Source: Candidatus Anammoximicrobium sp.
GTDB taxonomy: Bacteria > Planctomycetota > Planctomycetia > Pirellulales > Pirellulaceae
NCBI GenBank assembly: GCA_032229885.1
Contig: JAVYAJ010000193.1
Coordinates: 2,904 to 66,903 of the forward strand
Direction: 5' to 3'
DNA length: 64,000 nucleotides
Numbering within the stretch: position 1 is the first letter of the stretch; each line of letters starts with the position of its first letter. The notes beneath the pieces are model-generated. The model was not told where the DNA came from. It saw only the letters and a list, made by a program, of their open reading frames with translations, and ran no database searches. Shown piece after piece: positions 57,960 to 64,000 of the stretch. The translations under genes were made by a program, and so were the position numbers.

Positions 57960-58964
57960 ATGCCTGTAGATCTGCTGGGTTATCTGCTGAATGCGCTGGA
58001 CGAACCCGAGCGTCAGCGGGTGTTCGAGTCGCTGCAAGCGGACCCTTTGTTGCGGCAAGAACTCGAAGACTTGCGCCAGTCCTTGCGTCCGCTGGACGCG
58101 ACGAATCACGACCATGCCCCGCCAGCGAGCCTCGCCGAATCGACGTGCGATCTGGTGGCTCGCTTTGCGGCGCAACGCGAGGGCGCCGTGCCGCCGGCCC
58201 GGCAGCCACGCCGTCCGCGAGTTCTCGGGCGCGAGAATGGCGAGCGGTACGCGGGCGCCGTCGCCCAATGGTCGCCCGCCGACGCCTTGGCGATTGCGGG
58301 TGTTCTGCTGTGCGCCGCGTTGTTGTTCTTTCCGGCCATCGCCGGCAGCCGTTTTCGCGCACAGATCGCCAAGTGCGGCGAGAACCTCCGCAACATCGGC
58401 GTCGGCTTGGCCGAGTACAGCGAACACAACCAGGGACTGTTTCCAGCAATTCCCATCGACGGCAATTGGGCGGTGGCGGGGGCTTACGCCCTGATTCTGA
58501 ACGAGGGGGGGTACTTCGACGATCCGCGAATCCTCGTATGTCCGGGCTCGTCGTTGGCCGCTCGAGGCTTTGAGTTTCGGATTCCGCACCCCGCCGAACT
58601 GGACATGGCCAGTGGGGTTCGCTTGCGCGAGTTGCATCGAGTTCTGGGCGGTTCGTACGGCTACACGCTGGGCAGCATGGTGGGCGGCAGATACCTCACG
58701 CCGCAAAACCAGCGGCGATTCAGCTATGCCCTGGTAGCGGATGCGCCGAGCTTGCATCTCCCGGGGCGCCAAAGCGGCAACCATCTCGCCCGCGGACAGA
58801 ACGTCTTGTTCGAGGACGGCCACGTCGAGTTTTTGTCGAGCCCGCTGCGCGAAGCGTTTGGCGACGATGTGTTCCGCAACCGCTTCGGCTATGTCGAAGC
58901 CGGGGTCGATGAAAGCGACTCGGTGGTGGCGTCCAGTTTTGTCCGTCCGTTGCTCGGTTACTGA
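57960..58964 (+). CDS. Anti-sigma-like N-domain + TM helix + DUF1559 (H-X9-DG) pseudopilin-like extracytoplasmic domain
   Basis: Starts 4 nt after the sigma gene stop. The N-terminal ~50 aa helical segment (LLGYLLNALDEPERQRVFESLQADPLLRQELEDL) is typical of ECF anti-sigma domains. TM helix ALAIAGVLLCAALLFF. PAIAGSRFRAQIAKCGENLRNIGVGLAEYSEHNQGLFP parallels the DUF1559 N-region. The C-terminus has GNHLARGQNVLFEDGHVEFL (H-X9-DG). Confidence 0.8.
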   Translation: MPVDLLGYLLNALDEPERQRVFESLQADPLLRQELEDLRQSLRPLDATNHDHAPPASLAESTCDLVARFAAQREGAVPPARQPRRPRVLGRENGERYAGAVAQWSPADALAIAGVLLCAALLFFPAIAGSRFRAQIAKCGENLRNIGVGLAEYSEHNQGLFPAIPIDGNWAVAGAYALILNEGGYFDDPRILVCPGSSLAARGFEFRIPHPAELDMASGVRLRELHRVLGGSYGYTLGSMVGGRYLTPQNQRRFSYALVADAPSLHLPGRQSGNHLARGQNVLFEDGHVEFLSSPLREAFGDDVFRNRFGYVEAGVDESDSVVASSFVRPLLGY

Positions 58965-59546
58965 GCCTCGCTCCTCGCTCACCGTGGGCCACCGCGCGAA
59001 CCACGTGGCCCAGGATCGCCGAGTCCCGCCGTCCGTCCGCCACGCGAGCACGAGCTTCGCCGCACGGCCCACGTGGCCGTGTCTTTACCCAGATTTTACG
59101 CTTCATCGAAGAGTAGAGCTCAGGGTCGGACGCCAGCGCGTTCCAGCCGATATGCGTTCGGCCCATCAGCCGCGGAACGCTGAACTTGCGTTGCAACTCA
59201 GATCCGAACTCGAAGCATGTGGATAAAGACAAGCCACGTGACCCGGGATCACGGAGCCCCGCCTTCCGTCCGCCGCACGACTGCCGAGCCCCGCCGCGCG
59301 GAAAAGGTGGATCGAGGTTTCGCCGCATGTGGTTCCATTTCGAGCCGGATGTAGGATAATCAAGGACGCTCCGAGTAACCTTTCGCGGCACTTGTGCGTC
59401 AGTCTCGTTGGGCATCGTGTGCCCGCGTGAAGCGCAGACGCAGTTATGACACGTGAACGCGATGTTGGTGTGCGATGGCGAACGACAATTCAACCCACGA
59501 AGATTCGGGAATTCTTGGTAGCCCGCCGGGCGAAGGGTCATCGAAT

Positions 59547-59633
59547 ATGGAGATTTTTTTCCTTTTGGCCTTCATCGGGGCCTGGTTTGTGTTGCAGATG
59601 TGGATTCTGCCTCGATTTGGCGTGTCGACGTGA
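59547..59633 (+). CDS. Candidate 28-aa hydrophobic micro-protein (below the ORF-track cutoff)
   Basis: ATG at 59547, 9 nt after GAAGGG. It encodes MEIFFLLAFIGAWFVLQMWILPRFGVST, a single TM-like helix, and ends at TGA 59631-59633. A second in-frame ORF begins with the very next codon. Confidence 0.3.
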   Translation: MEIFFLLAFIGAWFVLQMWILPRFGVST

Positions 59634-59815
59634 ATGAGCGGCGCATGTCGGCCGAGTTCGGCCGTGGAACAATTGGATCACAGCGAACACACGTCAGACT
59701 CGCCCTTTGCCGGTTCGTCGGCCAAGGACGAGTAATCGCGGAGCTGTTGGCGAAACGACCGCCCGGCGGGTTCCGATCGTCGGATCCTCGCGCGGCGGAT
59801 GTGGTTAAAAACCAA

Positions 59816-59854
59816 AATGGCCGCACGAACCTGGGGAGGGCTGGTGCGGCCATT
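59816..59854 (-). terminator. Orphan intrinsic-terminator-like hairpin (- strand sense)
   Basis: 11-bp perfect stem aatggccgcac / gtgcggccatt with a 17-nt loop. On the - strand it is followed by TTTGGTTTTT. No annotated - strand gene lies upstream of it. Confidence 0.35.
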
Positions 59855-60147
59855 GTCGCTTGCGCACCGTGTATCTGCGGCCCGTTCACCCTGCCGGTCG
59901 GCATGGCGGCGGGCGGGATGCACGGCTTGGCGCGGGGCGGCGCTCGAAATGGGATCCGCCAGGTCTGGCTAGGCGCGCGTCCGGCATCGACAGCGTTTAC
60001 GCCGCCTGCTGGGAAAAACCGGAGAGGAATGCCCGGTCGTGCCGGGCACGGGCGAACCAAAAAACCGGCTCCTACGAGGACGCTACCGCGAGTCGTGCGA
60101 AGTAGCAGGGCATACCGCAACATTGGGAACAGTAAAGGAGGCGAATC

Positions 60148-61257
60148 ATGACCCTGCGTCGCGACGTTTTCATGCGGTGGGCGCGGCGGATGGGCCACGC
60201 GATTCTGGCGTTCGTGTCGCTCGGTGTGATCGTTGGACTGGTGCTGTGGCTGGTGGGCGCATTCGAGCCGAAAGTGCCCGACCAGGCAAGTCCTGTCTCG
60301 GCGCGAACCGTCCCGCCCGGGACGAAGGTGGTGGCCGCGCGGCTGCGCACGCTGCCCGTCACGGAGAGCGCCGTGGGCAGCATTCGTGCAGTGCACGAGA
60401 CCAGCGTCGGCAGCAAGCTGCTGGCGCGAGTGCTGGAGGTCAACCTCAAAGCCGGACAGGCCGTCCAGGCCGGCGAGGTGCTGGTGCGGCTGGACGACAG
60501 CGATTTGCGGGCCCGGCTCGAACAGGCGGTGGCGGCGGTACGGGCCGCCGAAGCGGCTCGCGACCAGGCGGCGTCGGAGGAAAAACGCTATGCGCCGCTG
60601 GCCAAGGATCGCAACATCAGCCAGCAGGAGTACGAGCGAACGGTGGCCGCCTTGAAATCCGCCGAGGCCGAACTCCAGCGCAGCCGCGAGTTTGTCAAGG
60701 AAGTGCAGGCGATGTTGGAGTGGGCGACCATCCGAGCGCCGATGGATGGCGTCGTGATCGACAAACAGGTCGACGTAGGCGACACCGTCACGCCGGGAAA
60801 GATCGTCGTCACCCTATTCGATCCCACACGGATGCAATTGATTGCCAGCGTGCGTGAATCGCTGGCGACTCGGTTAAAGACGGATCAAGACATCGGCGTG
60901 ATGATCCAGGGATTGAACGAACAGTGCACGGGGACGATCAGCGAGATCGTCCCGGAAGCCAAGACCGCCAGTCGGACCTTCCAAGTCAAAGTCACCGGTC
61001 CCTGTCCGCCCGGCATCTATAGCGGCATGTTTGGGCGAATCCTGATCCCGTTGGCTGACGAACATGTTCTGGTCATCCCGCGGCAAGCCGTGCGAAACAT
61101 CGGCCAGTTGGAGTTGGTCGACGTTGTCCAGGGGAGCAACGTCGAACGCCGGGCGATACGCGTAGGGCGTGTGCTGGACGACGAGGTCGAGGTCTTGTCG
61201 GGACTGCACGAAGGCGAACAGGTCATTGCAAACGCGGCGCCGGGAGGCGTGTCATGA
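60148..61257 (+). CDS. RND efflux periplasmic adaptor (membrane fusion protein)
   Basis: 369 aa. N-terminal anchor helix, VGSKLLARVLEVNLKAGQAVQAGEVLVRLD, a coiled coil, then IRAPMDGVVIDKQVDVGDTV. The stop overlaps the next gene start (ATGA at 61254-61257). Confidence 0.9.
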   Translation: MTLRRDVFMRWARRMGHAILAFVSLGVIVGLVLWLVGAFEPKVPDQASPVSARTVPPGTKVVAARLRTLPVTESAVGSIRAVHETSVGSKLLARVLEVNLKAGQAVQAGEVLVRLDDSDLRARLEQAVAAVRAAEAARDQAASEEKRYAPLAKDRNISQQEYERTVAALKSAEAELQRSREFVKEVQAMLEWATIRAPMDGVVIDKQVDVGDTVTPGKIVVTLFDPTRMQLIASVRESLATRLKTDQDIGVMIQGLNEQCTGTISEIVPEAKTASRTFQVKVTGPCPPGIYSGMFGRILIPLADEHVLVIPRQAVRNIGQLELVDVVQGSNVERRAIRVGRVLDDEVEVLSGLHEGEQVIANAAPGGVS

Positions 61258-64000
61258 CCGAGCATCCTGCCTCCCCCGTGCATCACGAACATCATTTCTT
61301 GAACCAACTGGTGAAGGTCTTTCTGGACTCGAACCTGTCGCTGATCCTGATCCTGTTGGCGACGGTCGTCGGTCTGGGGGCCTTGGGGGTGACTCCGCGC
61401 GAGGAAGACCCTCAGATCATCGTGCCGATGGCCGATGTGTTCGTGCAATTTCCGGGGCACAACGCGGAGGAGGTCGAACAGCTCGTCACGACGCCGCTCG
61501 AGCGAATGTTGTACCAGATCGACGGCGTCGAGTACGTCTACTCGATGACGCAGGCCGACCAGGCGGTGATTACGGTCCGCTACTACGTCGGCGAAGATCG
61601 CGAACGAAGCTTGGTCAAGCTGTACAAAAAGCTCGACGAAAACATCGACGTCGTGCCGCCCGGCGTCACCGGTTGGGTCGTCAAACCGGTCGAAATCGAC
61701 GATGTTCCGATCGTGACGTTGACGTTGACCAGCGCTTCTTCGGACGACATGACGCTGCGCCGCGTGGCCGACGAGCTCACGTTGCGACTGGCCAGCGTGC
61801 CGAACGTTTCGCGGGCCTATGTCGTCGGCGGCCGCCCGCGGGTCGTCCAGGTGTTGATGGACCCCGATCGGATGGCGGCCCACAACGTGTCGCCGCTCGA
61901 ACTGCAGCGCGCCCTGCAGGCGGCCAACGTTCGGTTGACAGCGGGCGATTTCCGCAACCGCGACCAGGTGGTGCGGGTCGAAGCCGGCGAGCCGTTCAGC
62001 ACGGCGCGGCAACTGGCGACGCTGGTCGTCGGCGTGTTTGACGAACATCCGGTGCGGCTGCAGGACGTGGCGGACATCGAGGACGGCCCCGACGAAGCGG
62101 CCGCCTATGTGCGCCATGGCTGGGGCCCGGCTCGCGGGTTTACGCACATCGGCGGGTTCCCCAGCTCGCTGATCGGACCACGGCGGACGCCGTCGGGCGA
62201 CGATCCGCCGGACGCCGCGTCCGCCGTGTCTCAGCCTGCGGTCACGATCGCGATCGCCAAGAAAAAAGGCTCGAACGCCGTCCGAGTCGCCCACGCCATT
62301 TTGGCCGAAGCGGAACAGTTGCACGAGACCTTGGTCCCGGACGACATGGACCTGGTGCTGACGCGCAACTATGGCTTGACGGCCGACGAGAAAGTGAACG
62401 AACTGGTCGAAGCTTTGATCGTCGCCATCCTGCTGGTCGTGACCCTGCTGGCCTTTGGCTTGGGGTGGCGCGAGGCGCTGATCGTGGGAACCGCCGTTCC
62501 GGTCGTGTTCGGGTTGACCTTGGCGGTCAACCTGCTGCTGGGCTATACGATCAATCGCGTCACCCTGTTCGCATTGATCCTGTCGTTGGGCTTGTTGGTC
62601 GACGACCCGATCGTGGATGTCGAGAACATCACGCGGCATTTCGTGCTGCGTAAAAACGCGACGCGGCGCATCGTGCTCGAAGCGGTCGCCGAGATTCGGC
62701 CGCCGATGGTCGCGGCGACGCTGGCGGTGATTGTCAGCTTTTTGCCGATGTTCTTCATCACGGGCATGATGGGGCCGTACATGGGGCCCATGGCCTTGAA
62801 CGTGCCGGTCACCATGCTGATGTCCATCCTGGTGGCCCTGACGATCACGCCTTGGATGGCCTATCACGTGCTGCGTCGCGCGTACGGCTCGGGCGCGGCG
62901 CCCGCCCATGCCGTGCCCGACGAACAGGACGCCGAGTACCTGGAATCGCTGAAACACTCACCGCTGTACCGATTCTTCTACCCGCTGATGGCGCCGCTGC
63001 TGCATTCGCGCGTTGTCGCCTGGGGATTCCTACTGACGATGGGCCTGCTGACGATCGCTGCCATGGGGCTGGGGGCCGTTCGCAGCGTCCCGTTGAAAAT
63101 GCTGCCGTTCGACAACAAGAACGAACTGCTGCTGGTGCTCGATTTGGACGAAGGCACGACGGTCGAACGCACGGACGCCGCCGTTCGCGATTTTGAAACC
63201 TACCTGTGCAGCGTACCCGAAGTCACGGACTTTACCAGCTATGCGGGAACCGCCTCGCCGATGGACTTCAACGGAATGGTGCGGCACTATTACCTGCGCC
63301 AGGGCGACAACGTGGCGGAAATTCGGATCAATCTGGCGGGAAAAAAGAACCGCAAGCTGCAGAGCCACGCGATCGGCCTGCGGATGCGCAGCGATCTGCA
63401 GACGATCGCCGATCGGCATCGAGTTCGGCTGAAGCTTGTCGAATCGCCGCCGGGTCCGCCCGTGATTGCCAGCGTTGTGGCCGAGATCTATGGCCAGCCG
63501 GATCATCAGTATGAAGACTATCTGGCTGCGGCCGACATCGTGCGAACCCGACTCGGCCGTGAACCGGGCGTGGTCGATGTGGACGATACCCGCGAGGCGC
63601 CGCAACTCAAGCAGACGTTTGTCACCGACAAGGAAAAAGCCGCCCTGAACGGAGTCTCGACCGACCAGATCGCGCAGACGCTGCGCACGCTGTTGCCGGG
63701 CGAGGCGGTCGGGACGATCCGCAGCGACACCGAACGGAATCCGCTGCGCATCGAGCTGCGGCTGCCGGTCCCGCTGCGCGCCAGCACGGCCGACCTGACG
63801 CGCGTGCAGGTCAAAGGCGCGGGCGGCCAGTTGGTTTCGCTGGCCGAACTGGGGCACTGGGAGACGGGCCGGGTCGATCAGATGATCTACCACAAAAACC
63901 TGCAGCGCGTGGCATACGTGTTTGCCGAAACGGCCGGCCGCCCGCCGGCGGACGTGGTAATGGACGTCGTGGCGGATCGGCAGGCGGCCGGCGCCAGCGG
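61254..64000 (+). CDS. RND efflux permease (AcrB/CzcA family), 3'-truncated by the window edge
   Basis: The frame is open from ATG 61254 to the end of the window. It is absent from the ORF track because it has no stop. Sequence includes MTEHPASPVHHEHHFLNQLVKVFLDSNLSLILILLATVVGLGALGVTPREEDPQI..., VPPGVTGWVVKPVEIDDVPIV and YHKNLQRVAYVFAETAGRPPADVV. Confidence 0.92.
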   Translation, partial: MTEHPASPVHHEHHFLNQLVKVFLDSNLSLILILLATVVGLGALGVTPREEDPQIIVPMADVFVQFPGHNAEEVEQLVTTPLERMLYQIDGVEYVYSMTQADQAVITVRYYVGEDRERSLVKLYKKLDENIDVVPPGVTGWVVKPVEIDDVPIVTLTLTSASSDDMTLRRVADELTLRLASVPNVSRAYVVGGRPRVVQVLMDPDRMAAHNVSPLELQRALQAANVRLTAGDFRNRDQVVRVEAGEPFSTARQLATLVVGVFDEHPVRLQDVADIEDGPDEAAAYVRHGWGPARGFTHIGGFPSSLIGPRRTPSGDDPPDAASAVSQPAVTIAIAKKKGSNAVRVAHAILAEAEQLHETLVPDDMDLVLTRNYGLTADEKVNELVEALIVAILLVVTLLAFGLGWREALIVGTAVPVVFGLTLAVNLLLGYTINRVTLFALILSLGLLVDDPIVDVENITRHFVLRKNATRRIVLEAVAEIRPPMVAATLAVIVSFLPMFFITGMMGPYMGPMALNVPVTMLMSILVALTITPWMAYHVLRRAYGSGAAPAHAVPDEQDAEYLESLKHSPLYRFFYPLMAPLLHSRVVAWGFLLTMGLLTIAAMGLGAVRSVPLKMLPFDNKNELLLVLDLDEGTTVERTDAAVRDFETYLCSVPEVTDFTSYAGTASPMDFNGMVRHYYLRQGDNVAEIRINLAGKKNRKLQSHAIGLRMRSDLQTIADRHRVRLKLVESPPGPPVIASVVAEIYGQPDHQYEDYLAAADIVRTRLGREPGVVDVDDTREAPQLKQTFVTDKEKAALNGVSTDQIAQTLRTLLPGEAVGTIRSDTERNPLRIELRLPVPLRASTADLTRVQVKGAGGQLVSLAELGHWETGRVDQMIYHKNLQRVAYVFAETAGRPPADVVMDVVADRQAAGAS

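Noticed and set aside
58720-59541. 273-aa - strand ORF overlapping the 3' end of the anti-sigma/DUF1559 gene and extending into the gap
   Set aside because: The 5' portion (…KVTRSVLDYPTSGSKWNHMRRNLDPPFPRGG…RLMGRTHIGWNALASDPELY…) sits in an AT-richer patch and might be a gene remnant. The frame degenerates into Arg-rich sequence and overlaps a supported gene, and no family was recognised.
59572-60396. 274-aa - strand ORF and 59600..60151 + ORF upstream of the RND adaptor gene
   Set aside because: Low-complexity Arg/Pro/Gly-rich translations, with partial overlap of the supported adaptor gene.

Overview
Visibly GC-rich bacterial chromosomal segment (GC not computed). It is most consistent with a Planctomycetota (Pirellulales-like) genome. 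Supporting signs are a DUF1559/H-X9-DG pseudopilin-like module, a Tat-signal Gfo/Idh/MocA oxidoreductase, carboxypeptidase-regulatory-like lipoproteins, two secreted proteins of about 1400 aa, and many gene-free intergenic regions of 0.5-1.3 kb. I can support about 36 protein-coding genes, one tRNA-Leu(CAA), several intrinsic terminators and several repeat families. Housekeeping genes are bioA, feoB, rnr, argH, an aldo/keto reductase, a TauE/SafE exporter and an RND efflux pair; the RND permease runs off the 3' end of the window. Most long ORFs in the six-frame track that lie antisense or out of frame to these genes are Arg/Pro/Gly-rich shadow ORFs typical of high-GC DNA, and I reject them. 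The best candidate for an undescribed system is a same-strand four-gene module at 33658-39536. It encodes a GAF-GAF-TM-HlyD protein, a secreted HlyD-like adaptor, a PqqD/RRE-like + M50 (site-2) metalloprotease + HlyD fusion, and a DUF3467 protein, with no pump or outer-membrane channel gene nearby. Other notable items: (1) a dispersed two-hairpin repeat with four copies, all in + orientation, whose stem substitutions all preserve G-U pairing in + sense; (2) a consensus-matching sigma-54 -24/-12 element inside a 1.3-kb gene-free region upstream of an ECF sigma / anti-sigma-DUF1559 pair; (3) an inositol-monophosphatase/ADP-ribosylglycohydrolase fusion; (4) a membrane-anchored DtxR-FeoA fusion coupled to feoB; (5) an orphan SPPY-type DNA methyltransferase next to a 9-mer array; (6) two micro-ORFs separated only by an in-frame TGA followed by a GC hairpin. 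All functional calls come from motif recognition by eye. No database search was run.
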